Shown here: positions 29,699 through 42,840 of the stretch, one piece after another
Layout: every line of letters begins with the position of its first letter
How positions within the stretch are numbered: the first letter of the stretch is position 1
Source: Eledone cirrhosa
Lineage: Eukaryota
DNA length: 64,000 nt
Direction of reading: 5' to 3'
Assembly: GCA_964016885.1 (NCBI GenBank)
Contig: OZ024740.1
Span: forward strand, 165,850,001-165,914,000
Notes under the pieces: generated by a model
What the model was told of the DNA's origin: nothing
Databases searched by the model: none
The model's input: the letters and a program-made list of their open reading frames with translations, nothing else
Translations under genes and position numbers: made by a program

Positions 29699-30134
29699 CA
29701 CAGGCACAACACAGACTAGCGACACACGCGCTCATAGAAATAAACAGTTAGAATCAACACACAGGTACAGGAAAACACGCACCTTGACCAGACGGGCATG
29801 GTCACAAGATGCACGTAAAACGCATATACACACCAGTGATACTTCCAGTACAACAAACACACCTTCATGCTGGCATATATGCACTCTTGTCCACTTCCCT
29901 TCTCCTGATCACATCGGACCACCTTTATATATAACCTCTTCTCTCCCACTCTCATTATTGTTCTGATGAAAGACTAATGTCCGCTAGGTTGCGAACACTT
30001 CGTTTCTATTTGATACAAGCGTGAGCGGAATAACACATTCTATTTATATTTGTCCTCTGTGTTTGTTTTCACTGCTTTTCTTTGTCAACCATGCAATATA
30101 TATATATATATATAATATAATATAATATTATATA

Positions 30135-30221
<87 letters not shown>

Positions 30222-30742
30222 TTATTTATTTCTCTGTGTGTGTTTTATGTATGGATGTATGTATGTATAGTGGATGGAGATAAAGAATTACTGTGGCAAA
30301 AAAGAGGATAGTGTGTGTCAGGCGGATTTTGTTCGGGGCAGCAGTTGAAGAAAGTCATGAACCTCTGGCAGACGTTGTCAGAAAGGGTATAACAAACAGT
30401 CAGACAGCATTAAGTACGAATTATTTAGGGGTCTTCTGTCTCAAGATTTAGCGTTCTCATATGTATATAAACACAGAAACAACAACAACAGCAAATACAA
30501 CACCAAAAAAGTAAAACAAGAAAGAAAAACTATATCCGATTAAATAATAGCTGGAGTGAGCTGGCGACTCAGCGAGAGTAGAATTTGGTAAAAGGGGGAA
30601 AGAATTCATAGTAACATTGTTGAAGGACATAAATAACCCGACTGAAAGAATTAGAAAGATGAGAAACCAAACTAAATTCACCGTGAAACAATGTGTTCTG
30701 CTCAGGCGATTGGGCGTACGCGTTGTTTCACACAAACAACAA

Positions 30743-30825
<83 letters not shown>

Positions 30826-30995
30826 CGTATGTGTGTGTGTACACATAGGCGGAAGGAGACCGAAAGGGACACATCCACACATATACGCGGGGGTACATAT
30901 ATGCAGAAATGAAGACCGTGTGTACATTACAACACATCATTGTATACGCATTTATGCTTACACACCACACACATACCCGCACGCACACTCACAAC

Positions 30996-31026
<31 letters not shown>

Positions 31027-31468
31027 TCGTGTGTGGCATAAATAAAGGCACATGTGTGTTCGCTCAATTGTGTGACACATAACAAGTATAAGTTCTTGTG
31101 TACAGGTAACCGCTTGTGTATGTTATCCAGTGTATTTTGAAATTTACCTTCATTTAAAAAAAGTATTCATGTATTTTACTCTGTGCAAATCTACGTTGCT
31201 CATTTTTGCAATAGCCTGTGAACCGCCAGTTTCAGACATGCCCCAACTGGAGCCATCATCATATTATGTTCCCAGTGGGATGGCCGGCAAGTGGTGTGTG
31301 CAGGCTGTACTGTGGTAACACTTGTTGAGGTCGTTGCATGTTCACACGACTGTACTGTTGGTGCAGTATTCAAATGTTTCTCTTCACTGAGCTCGTTGTT
31401 CTTTACTGACGCGTCTAATTGATGCTAACGGAAGAGGTTAGCCTTCGAATTGCAAATCACGGAGCAAG

Positions 31469-31620
31469 TCTTCTTCTTCTTCTTCTTCTTCTTCTTCTTC
31501 TTCTTCTTCTTCTTCTTCTTCTTGAGGTTCGTGGAGGCAGAGTCCTCAATCACTCCTTAAGGCGGATCCTGACAGATGCAACCGTCTTCAACTGATCCGG
31601 CTGAGTCCTCAAGCGTAACC
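31469..31620 (-). mobile_element. RTE 3' end with expanded (AAG)n tail
   Basis: Minus strand cagccggatcagttgaagacggttgcatctgtcagga..ggactctgcctccacga aligns with 63821-63897; ends in (AAG)n. Confidence 0.7.
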
Positions 31621-33966
31621 ATGTTATTTTTTACTTTTAAATTCATCCGATGTGATCGTTTTTTCCTACTTCAACAGAAATTAATTTTTAATTCATTGAA
31701 ACTATAACAGTAATGAAAAGACGTATTCTCAAAATAGACAAGAGAGATTATTCTTGACATTTCAAAAGTCAAATGGAGATATGTAGTGCAGGTTTCCGAG
31801 CTATTGAACCTCATAAGTGAAACATAGCCTGCCGATTTTCTGTAAAGGTCTCAGAATGATTAACAAAAGTTTTTTTTCTTGTATTTACTCATTAAAGAAG
31901 TCAACATAATGGATATGGAAATTAAAGTTATATATCGTAATGTTGGAAAGTATGGCAAAATTAATTGTTTCTACTTTTGGTACAAGGCCAGCAATTTCCC
32001 AGTGTATTACTGGTACTTTATTTTATCGACCCCGTAAGGTAATGCCATCACTTTCGTTATATTTACTATTATTAACAACAACCTGATTAAGTACATATTC
32101 ATCGGGGTAGCATCATGGTAGACATGGTAGAAATAATAATCAAATCTAACTGAAATCTCACTTTCCTCTCTTAAAATAATGAAAATCGCACGTTAAATAA
32201 TGTAATTCTGGGTACCTGACATAAAAAGAAATGATTTTTGAATGGTTACGACTGTTTGTATCTTTCATTCTAAGTTTCCACCTTTAGATTTAACCAAGGG
32301 CTAAACAACTTTAACAAACAAAAACAACAACAACTAGAACACCACCAACAACAACCCAAACATTAGCACATTCATTAACAACAAACAAAACGATGAATAC
32401 GAGTAAACTATTTCAGAAACGATCGATGGATGCAGAAAATAATAAGGCGATGTATAATAAGTGTGTTGAATAACATTGACAGCTAACGTAAAAGTTGTTG
32501 CTTGAACAGGAAATTCAGTTACTGAAGAAGAAAGATGAGAAAAAGACAAAAATAAAAAAGAAGTAAATAAATAAAATAAATAAATAAATTGAAAGAAGGA
32601 AGCAATTTCAGACATACAAACATACGCCCGTGCGCACGCAAACACACACTCATACACACATGAATGTCTGATTGTTCTATTACTTTCGTTAATCTACTCT
32701 TCCTACCCAGAGCTGGTGCCGTATTTATTGTAGGAACTTAAATTAGATACTCTAGATCGAGTAGGTGCTAGCACTCAGATAACATCCTACATCCTATACT
32801 CTCACTTAAACTTCAAGGAATCTTAACCGTCACTTATTGTTTCTTCCCCGCCCCGTGGTATTATTTTCCTATTTTATTTTTCATTGCCACAATGGTATGG
32901 TGTATCAGATGAACTATATTATACTCGAGTAGCACCAGTACTGAATTGAAATGTCGATGATGGGAACCCACAGGTGCATTCATTTTGACGCTATCTCTTG
33001 AAGAGACCCTTTCTCTTGTGTTCTTCGTGCAACGCTTCTTTAGGTTCACTCGAGATAAATGAATAACGCCGATCATTCAAAGACGGGAGGTTTCGAATTC
33101 GCTAAAAATTCGCTTATTTTATTTCTATGCAATTACTCTCGTTATCTCAATAATCACTTAGTATTACCACCACCATACATATGAAGAAGTGGCATCACCA
33201 CTTGCTCCAGTACCGTAAGCAACATCCTTGACAGAATTCCACCCCTATAATCAACGTCACCATCGGTAATACGAAATACATCACCACCACCAACTACATC
33301 TCTCTCAACTTCCAATATAACAATTATAACAATCACTCACCGATGCCATCGTTTTCTATTTAACACACTTCACTCTATTTCTTTACGTTGTCGATAATTT
33401 ATTGATGTAATTATTATTAAGACGAAGCTGGTATGAAGTTCTCTTGAACTATACAAAGAGTTCAGTAATAGTTTATACCTGAGTATTTATATATACAAAT
33501 TATGTTAATGATTATTAAGAATTTATGAACAAATTATAATAGTAGTTACATACTTAATGATAATCGCTTTCTACAACGCTAAGGTTTCGAATATGTAAAA
33601 TATTTTAGAATACATGTCCAATAATTTTCTACAATTATATTTGTTAATATTTACTCCCATGATAACTATATATTACTAAAAGTCTGTGATTGATTGCCTG
33701 CTTGTCTGTAATGTATTGCAGCCAAAAGGGCGCTTAATGAAAACATACTTTGAAAGGAAGTTGCCCCTGAAATGGGAATAGAACTGGAATAAAACAACTT
33801 TAGCGTAAATCGGACCACGGGTTCCCGAGATATGGGTATTTTCCGTGTACCTTCATAAACAAAGAGAGAGAAAGATAGAGAAGAGATAGTGGTTGTGACA
33901 GAGTAGATTGAAAGAGAGAGGGAGGGGAGACAGAGAAGGATAATGGAAGAGTGCTGGTGGTGTTTT

Positions 33967-34090
<124 letters not shown>

Positions 34091-34121
34091 AAATCAAAGA
34101 AGCCTTCAATAGGTCAAAAGT

Positions 34122-34175
34122 CTTTATTAGCCAACAATGTTTCGTCCTATTAAGGACTCATCAGGGCAAATAAAG
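34122..34175 (-). ncRNA. Hammerhead ribozyme, inverted pLTR copy
   Basis: Core at 34130-34167 is the exact reverse complement of the 38139-38176 hammerhead core. Confidence 0.85.
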
Positions 34176-34612
34176 CTATAAAAAGCACTATCGGCCAATA
34201 CAAGCCAAAAACTCAGAAGAATATGGAGTATACATACATTAAAGCATAGGAAAATTATCAAGTAAAAATTGCTAAGGAAGTGAATAACATTTTGAATCCA
34301 TATTACAAATATAGTACAATGCAAAAACTAAAACCAAACACAAGTGGTGATATAAAGCGAGAATTACAGTACGATATATAATATAATATAATTGATAATG
34401 ATAATAATAATAATATTAAAAGGCCCAATATACATATATATATATATACATATATATATATCAATACACATATCCATCAATACAAACACAAACTAACACT
34501 TATTAAGAGTTTAAATATAAATGTAATACATATATTATTTACAGTATAAAATGATAAAGAAATGAATAAAAATAAAAATATAATATATAATATACTATAT
34601 CATTTATAATCT

Positions 34613-36475
34613 ATCCTCGTTAATAAAGCCTTAATTATGGCCATAAGAGTGTCTAGCCTTACACGATCACAGATTGATATCATACTAGCAGCCCGTAGAA
34701 CTATCATCAATTTCGAGGATACATTTTCGACGCGTAAAAACACGCCCAACAATTTCGACGTTACAATGGGTTCGAGTGATTCGGCCCAGGTAACTGATCT
34801 TGTTGGGCTGTTCTTCCTAAATGAACTGTATGTTACCTTTCCGCACCTTAAAGGCGGACTTTATCGTGACGATGCATTGTTTGTGATTAACTCCAGCACC
34901 AATAACATCGAGCATAATAGGAAGAAACTTTATAAGTTTTTTAAAAGCTTTAACCTTTCGATCACGATAGATAGAAATGATAGAGCGGTCAACTTTTTAG
35001 ATGTGACTTTGGACTTGGTCACTAATAGTTTTAAACCCTTCCATAAGCCTAATGAAATACTCTCTTATGTTAGTCCTAACCACCCCAAATCTATGATAAG
35101 CTCTATAATTAATGGTGTATCTAATAGAATTTCCACACTCTCTAAGGACATAGGAATATTTAATGCACATGCAGAGTACTATAATAATGCCCTAGCTAAC
35201 TCCGGTTACTCTGGTAAAATACATTATAATAATAGTAACCTTAGAAAGTCTCCGCTTACATATAATAATAACATAATATCCCATAATATGGCCATGAATG
35301 GGAATAGAAAGCATAATAATCGTAGAAATCCCATAGGTGTATCCGAACCCATCCATAAATTAAGCCACCGGATTCGAAATAGAGAAGCTAATAGTTCTAG
35401 GGATCAAGTTGGGCACTCTGAGCGCTCACTCAGTGGTAATGCTTTTGCTAAATCTAATGTTTTTACTAATTCTAATAGTGTTGTTTCTACTGATCCTATT
35501 AGTAGCCCTAATCCTATTGATATGATTCCATATAGCAGTAGATATACTAAAGGTAGAAACAGAAGGAGACTCAATGGGGTTTCGGCTGATTCTAATAATG
35601 TGGTTTCAACTAGTCCTCGTAGTAACCCAGATCTTAATAATGGGATATTAGACAACGGTAGAGTTGGTAAGGATAGAAAGAGAAGGAGACTAAATACTTA
35701 TTTTAACCCGCCATATGATCAGGAAGTATTAACTAACATCCCTAGGTCTTTCTTTTCTCTCTTAGAGAAAAATTTCCCTCCTACTAATAAATACCATGGT
35801 ATTTTTAATAAAAATGTAATTAAACTATCATTCTCTACCACCCCTAATATTAGTTCTCATTTAGCTAGCACTAATAATAGGAAAATTAGGGACGGCTACT
35901 CCTCTTTGCGTACTACCAGTCTGGATAGATCCATAAATGCCTTACCACCTGAGCAGACCTTATCTCATAGTAACCCTACGAGTGATGCATCACTACTTCA
36001 GCCGATCAATAGCACCCGGAAGTGTAACTGTAGAGTGAGTGTTAACTGCCCTTTAAACGGTAACTGCCTCTCTAGGAACATTGTTTATGCTTGTGTAGTT
36101 AAAACTAATTCCTCTAATAGCACATATATAGGCTCAACATCTAACACTTTTAAGACTAGTTTTAATTCTCATATCTCTAATTTTAAACATGTTAAGTTTA
36201 AGAATTCTACTTCTTTAGCACACCATATCTGGGATCTTAAGAGGGCTAATATACCATATAGCCTTAATTGGCGAATAGTAGCACGCTCTAATAACCTATC
36301 AACACACACTAAATTCTGTAATCTCTGAATCCTTGAGACCCACTCTATAATTTTCTCTAGGGAACTCTTACTTAATAGAAAGTCTGATATATTTTCTTCC
36401 TGCCACCACGTCATTTCTAATTCTTACTTTTATTATAAACCTAAAAGTTCTGGTAGTGTAAATTGTATCCATTAG
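34613..36475 (+). pseudogene. PLE reverse transcriptase + GIY-YIG endonuclease ORF (5'-truncated; in-frame TGA at 36326-36328, frame continues to TAG at 36473-36475)
   Basis: RT motifs FDVTMGSSDSAQVTDLVG, GLYRDDAL, VNFLDVTLDL; thumb FNPPY; linker CNCRVSVNCPLNGNC; endonuclease NIVY..YIGSTSNTFKT; after the TGA, ILETHSIIFSRELLLNRKSDIFSSCHH completes the endonuclease domain. Confidence 0.9.
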
Positions 36476-37806
36476 CTGCTATATTCCCTTATCTTTTTTG
36501 TTTAGGTTCATTCTGTTTACCACCATCATTATCATTATTATTATTGGTTTTTAACAGCTTTTCGATCTAGCTCTCATAGTCTTTTGGCTACCATACCATA
36601 TCTATCTTCTTAAATATTATATTTTCACTATTAACACCTTATGAGTTTATATCTGATTATATATTTCATTTGGATTCGCATTTAGATAATTAACCCCCTC
36701 CCCCCTCTTCCCCCCTTCCCCCCACACACACTTGTCATTCGCCCCTTCAATTATACTATAATTATATTCAATTCCCTTTTATGCTCCTTTCTATTGTATT
36801 ATACAGTATATTGATTATGATTTTATGCTCCTTCGTATCCTCCATACATTTCTTTTTTTCTGTTCCCATTGGCCTACCATAGTTCTATTTAAGGTCCTTT
36901 TATTAGATAACGTTATTCAACTGAAAGTAGAATATTTCATTCTATTCTGGTTATTTTTATTGGGATATCTTAAACTTTAGAGATTTTGATAACTTCAACC
37001 ATATCTAATTTTGTATTGACTTATTATGTATTTTAAATACTTTCAATATTAATTAATTTAATAAGGTTTTCTAGTCATTTATCCGGGTTTGATTCCTAAC
37101 TTTTTTTACTTAACTGCTTGTGACACCTAAGTAAATATATTTGTTTTTGTTTTTCGATTTCCGGTTGATTTTATTTATATTTTTTTTACTAGCGTTCGTA
37201 GTTTCTGTCTGGTTCTTATTCACTTATTCACACATGTCTGTCTACCAACCATGTAATTGTATATACTATACTATGTTTGTTATTTGATATTGAAGTTGTT
37301 ATATCATATCACTTTATGTAATCGTACTATAGATCTTAAATATTTACCGATTATTCGATGTACCATTATGTTAAATTTTGTAAATTCTGTAATATGTTTA
37401 TATTTTTATAATTTTCATAATGTTTAGATAATATTTATTTATACCAATTGTATAAAAACTCGACCTCCGTCTGTTTTGTTACAACGGTATAGATATTTTT
37501 CCAGCACAACTTTTTCAACACAATTCAGTTCTGTATGATATTTTTTTCTCACCCTGTGTGTAACTTTATATGATTTGTTAAGTTATATGCCAATATATTA
37601 TAATATTGTTATTATAGTGTTATTGTAATATTTATATTGTTTGTGCAAATTAACCGGAGATTATAAATTATATAGTATATTATATATTATATTTTTATTT
37701 TTATTCATTTCTTTATCATTTTATACTGTAAATAATATATGTATTATATTTATATTTAAACTCTTAATAAGTGTTAGTTTGTGTTTGTATTGATGGATAT
37801 ATGTAT

Positions 37807-37866
<60 letters not shown>

Positions 37867-38130
37867 ATTGGGCCTTTTAATATTATTATTATTATCATTA
37901 TCAATTATATTATATTATATTATATTATATATCGTACTGTAATTCTCGCTTTATATCACCACTTGTGTTTAGTTTTAGTTTTTGCATTGTACTATATTTG
38001 TAATATGGGTTCAAAATGTTATTCACTTCCTTAGCAATTTTTACTTGATAATTTTCCTATGCTTTAATGTATGTATACTCCATATTTTTCTGAGTCTTTG
38101 GCTTGTATTGGTCGATAGTGCTTCTTATAG

Positions 38131-38184
38131 CTTTACTTGCCCTGATGAGTCCTTAATAGGACGAAACATTGTTGGCTAATAAAG
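38131..38184 (+). ncRNA. Minimal type I hammerhead ribozyme in the PLE pLTR
   Basis: gcc-CTGATGA-gtcct(taat)aggac-GAAA-c(att)g-TT-ggc; stem I extends through cttta/taaag; predicted cleavage after GUU at 38173. Confidence 0.85.
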
Positions 38185-38343
38185 ACTTTTGATGTATTGA
38201 AGGCTTCTTTGGTTTATTTTCATAATTCTTCGGCTCTGTTTAATTACATTGAACTATATCTTTACTGACATTTCTATAATATGAAGAGGCTGTTTAATTC
38301 CAACACACTCTAGTATTTTAATTCTTATAAATATATATATATA

Positions 38344-38435
<92 letters not shown>

Positions 38436-38498
38436 TGTATATATATATATATATATGTGTGTGTGCGTGTCTGTGATCTATGTGCACTGGTCATAGAT

Positions 38499-38529
<31 letters not shown>

Positions 38530-38627
38530 CACATACACACTCACATATATATATATATACAAAAACACCACCAGCACTCTTCCATTATCCTTCTCTGTCT
38601 CCCCTCCCTCTCTCTTTCAATCTACTC

Positions 38628-41115
38628 CAGTGGTTCTTAACCAGGGGTGCTTGCACCCCCTAGGGGTGCGAGAATGCTTCCTAGGGGTGCGAGGATATCC
38701 TGGGGTAAACTTACAATTTTTCGGGAATAATGGTCGGGTAACCGAAAAAAGTGAAAAATTCTGGAAATCAAGAAGTCATTGTGCTAATTGGCATTAGGGA
38801 TAATTTATAAAATTATTTTGCATTTTTTTCATTAAATTTGTCATAAACATGGCCAGAGAGTCCATTTCATTGAAAATTATTGGGGGCGAAGGTCATTTTC
38901 GCCACACCTGAAATGATCTCGCCCCCTCGCCCCCCGGATGTGCGCCTCTGGTATAGATATGTATCACAGACATGCACACTATGCTTTTATTGTAACTTCA
39001 AATTTGCTCATAAAAATTATTGTTTTCCAGGTTTATCATCAGTATGTCCAAAAAACGAAGGTGGAATGATGACTATGTTCAGTATGGCTTCACGTGTGTT
39101 ACTGATGAGAAGGATGGTACACAACGTCCACGGTGTATCCTATGCAGCACCATGTTCTCCAACGCAAATTTGAAGCCATCAAAGCTTGACGAACATTTTA
39201 AGAACAGACATGGTGGCAAGGATGCAGAGAATGATCTTGCAACATTACGAGTCAAAAGAGCTAGGTTTGATCGTGCCGGCACTTTGCTGACACACGGGTT
39301 TATACCAACAGCGAAACCTTTATTACATACTTCTTATCAAGTTGCATACCTGGTTGCTAAGTCAAAGAAGCCCCATACGATTCCCGAGGAATTGATCAAG
39401 CCGTGTGCCCTTGAAATGGCAAAGACTGTTCTCGGTCAGGAAGCTGCGAGGAAACTGCAACAAGTGTCTTTATCAAATGATGTGATCCGTAACCGAATCA
39501 TCGACATGAGTGATGATATCCTGGAGCAAGTTATTGCAGACATCAAGGCCAGTCCAGTAAAGATTAGCCTACAAGTGGATGAGTCAACAGATGTGTCAAA
39601 TTGTTGTCAGCTATTGGTATTCGTCCGGTACGTGAAGAACAATAAAGTGGAAGAAAGTTTTCTTTTCTGTAACTCACTGAACACAACATCTAAAGCCATA
39701 GATGTGTTCAGTATGATAAAAGAATTCTTCACAAGATAACAACTTCATCTTGACAAGATTGGTTCCATATGTACTGATGGTGCACCAGCCATGCTAGGCA
39801 ATCGTTCAGGGTTTGCTGCATTGATGAGAAAAGAAATTCCTGAACTGAAGATTACCCACTGCTTTCTTCATCGGCAGGCTCTTGCAGCAAAAACATTGCC
39901 CCCATACCTGAAAAAGACTTTGGAGATTTGTGTGAAGATCGTGAATATGATTCGTGGTCGTGCTCTGAATCATCGACTGTTTCAGTTATTTTGTGAGGAA
40001 GTGGGTCAGGAACACACTGTGCTGTTGTACCATACCGAAGTGAGGTGGCTGTCACGTGGGCGTGTGCTATCTCGTATGTTTGAATTGCGAGAAGAAATTC
40101 AGCTGTTTCTCCACGGACTGGGACAAGAACTGGCTGGATATTTTGATGATCCTGAATTTATTCAAATGCTTGCCTATTTGGCTGATGTGTTCACAGCACT
40201 CAATGAGCTCAATCGCTCACTACAAGGAAGAGGGATGAACATTTTGATTGCAAGTGAAAAGTTGGCTACATTCAAAGACAAAATTGTTTTGTGGATTAGG
40301 CGTTTAAAGAAAGGGAACTTGGCAAATGTTCCTTCCCTTGAAGAAACAGTAACAGAGGATGCTTGCCTACATCAAGATTTTGTTTCAAAAATTATTGAAC
40401 ATCTGCAGATACTGTGCACCTCATTTGATGACTACTTCTCGTGTGGAGAGCTAAAACCCTGTGACGACTGGATCCGGCACCCTTTTAAGCATAATATGGA
40501 AGATGTTGATGATGATAGCAACATCAAGGAAGATCTCATCGAACTCAGAAACAATCGTGGAATGCAAATGGAGTTTACCGATGGTCACTTGGAGCACTTC
40601 TGCGCTTCTCAGTTGGAAACGTATCCTGCACTGGCAAAGAAGGCTCTCACTGTGCTCACGCCTTTCGCGACTACTTACCTCTGCGAGACTGGATTTTCCT
40701 GTCTGCTTCACATCAAAACCAAGAGCCGAAATCGGCTGGATCCTCAACGCGACATGCGAGTGGCACTCAGCACCAAGACACCAAGATTTGATGTTATCAT
40801 AAATGGAAAGCAACAGCAACAAAGTCACTGAATTTGGCGCTCAGCCATAATAATTCACAGCACACCATGCATAGTACAAGCACAATGTTATTTCGTTTTT
40901 TTACTAGTATGAATGTAATCTTGATTTTTGTAATCCTGCAATGCATTATTTTGTTGTCAGTTATGTAAATAAAGAATTAAATACATGATTGTTTTGTTAC
41001 TTACACATTATGATTATGATATCAATATTGCTTTTCATCAATTCTGGAAGGGGGTGCGAGAACTGGCTGGTGAATTGAATGGGGTGCGAACAAGTAAAAA
41101 GGTTAAGAACCACTG
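38628..41115 (+). mobile_element. Full-length hAT DNA transposon, Buster/Charlie group
   Basis: Perfect 15-bp TIRs cagtggttcttaacc / ggttaagaaccactg; 8-bp TSD atctactc at 38620-38627 and 41116-41123; subterminal ggggtgcga repeats at both ends. Confidence 0.97.
39044..40831 (+). pseudogene. hAT transposase, ZBED8/Buster3-like, with a single in-frame TAA at 39737-39739
   Basis: BED finger (CILC..LKPSKLDEHFKNRH), catalytic DESTD, CTDGA and TYLCETGFS motifs, HCFLH, VRWLSRG. ORFs 39020-39739 and 39791-40831 are in the same frame. Confidence 0.93.
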
Positions 41116-41506
41116 ATCTACTCTGTCACAACCACTATCTCTTCTCTATCTTTCTCTATCTTTGTTTATGAAGGTATACGGAAAATATCCATATCTCGAG
41201 AACCCGTGGTCCGATTTACGCTAAAGTTGTTTTATTCCAGTTCTATTCCCATTTCAGGGGCAACTTCCTTTCAAAGTATGTTTCCATTAAGCTCCCTTTT
41301 GGCTCCAATACATTACAGACAAGCAGGCAATCAATCACAGACTTTTAGTAATATATAGTTATCATGGGAGTAAATATTAACAAATATAATTGTAGAAAAT
41401 TATTGGACATGTATTCTAAAATATTTAACATATTCGAAACCTTAGCGTTGTAGAAAGCGATTATCATTAAGTATGTAACTGCTATTATAATTTGTTCATA
41501 AATTCT

Positions 41507-41586
<80 letters not shown>

Positions 41587-41949
41587 CACACACGTATATA
41601 TATGGGCCTTCCAGTTCCATTTCACATTATATACATGTGTGTGTATATTTTTATTACTTATAAATTATTTTGAAGTGAACGTGCCCCAACGAGTCACGGG
41701 TGGTCTAGTATATTAGTATATTATAAATATCAAGTATTTTGCAATGTACGAAATTGCTCTAGTACAGGCAAACCCTTGGCAAAACGTGTCTGCAAATTGG
41801 TTTCGGTACCTTGTCGGAATAAGTATTTTTCACATACAGCCCAGTTATTATTGATAAGTGCTTAAACGACGAACAAACTTTACAAAAAACTAATAAATTA
41901 GTTTTTAATTTTGGGTTGTATTTATGCTGTATGGTGTCTTTATTAGCCC

Positions 41950-42175
41950 CCATGGTCGCCTCTGATGCTAGGCTTCACAATCAGCAAGGATCTCGCATGG
42001 CAAACATACATCTTCAACATAGCTACTCCTATAGCTCAATGGTTGGCACTTTACTTCAGGTCAAAAAATACTCCATGAACAGGAGAGGTGACTGTAAGCA
42101 CCCTCGGTGGAGTCCGACTCCCATATTGAATGGATTCGATTTAGCACCATTTATCCGAATACAAATACTTTCTCC
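41950..42175. mobile_element. Two short LINE RT fragments on opposite strands
   Basis: Plus: LMLGFTISKDLAWQTYIFNI (LG..I..DL.W motif). Minus: CIRINGAKSNPFNMGVGLHRGCLQSPLLF (GLRQGC.LSPLLF motif, RTE-like). Confidence 0.6.
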
Positions 42176-42650
42176 CTTTCTCCGTTCTCCGTCTAGTTCT
42201 GTTACATCTTCAACTCATGTTTAGATCTTTGAATAGTGTCAGATCCCCCCCCCCCCGTGAAATGAGACAGAATATACAGTTTTACATTTTGATAAATCGA
42301 AATTTCGATAAAACAATGAGATACATCTATATTTTTCAAATATCGAAATGAATAGCAAACTTAAACATCAATATAATATCCGTGTTTGTGATTCCCTCAA
42401 ACATGCTGTATCTAATGACATTTTAAATGTTTCTCTGGTATCTTTTCAAAGCAAAAAATGAGATCGATTAAAAGTTTTGCTATGGAGATGACCATTGTGC
42501 TTAATGTGCTTCGAATGTAATAATCCGAACTGAAAGGGAATCGACTTGAACATTTTGGAGGTCATACACATGGCATTTAGGGAGCTAAAGCAAACAATGT
42601 TTTATTCAATGAGTAGGGGTACTTTAGTATAACATTAATTGAATAAATTG

Positions 42651-42840
42651 GGCGGTGAATTGGCAGTATCGGTAGAGGGTCGGACGCCATGCTTTGACGC
42701 ATAGAGTTACGGCCCTTGCCATTCTGAGTTCAAATCCCGCCGAGGTTAACTTTGCCTTTCATCCTTACGGGGTCGATAAAATAAAGTACCAGTAATACAC
42801 TGGGAAATTGCTGGCCTTGTGCCAAAAGTAGAAACAATTA
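42651..42840 (+). mobile_element. tRNA-derived SINE, full length
   Basis: TSD attaattgaataaattg at 42634-42650 and 42837-42853. Confidence 0.9.

Noticed and set aside
37120-37172. Possible SECIS (GTGAC..AAA..TGAT) in the PLE 3' UTR
   Set aside because: Spacing (9 nt to AA, about 32 nt to GA) and helix II pairing are non-canonical.
38281-38316. Possible SECIS ATGA-N11-AA hairpin
   Set aside because: The 3' side reads AG rather than GA, the loop is short, and it lies downstream of the hammerhead cleavage site.
39020-40831. Two separate genes, plus antisense ORFs such as 40451-40828
   Set aside because: One transposase frame broken by a single TAA; the antisense ORFs are shadows.
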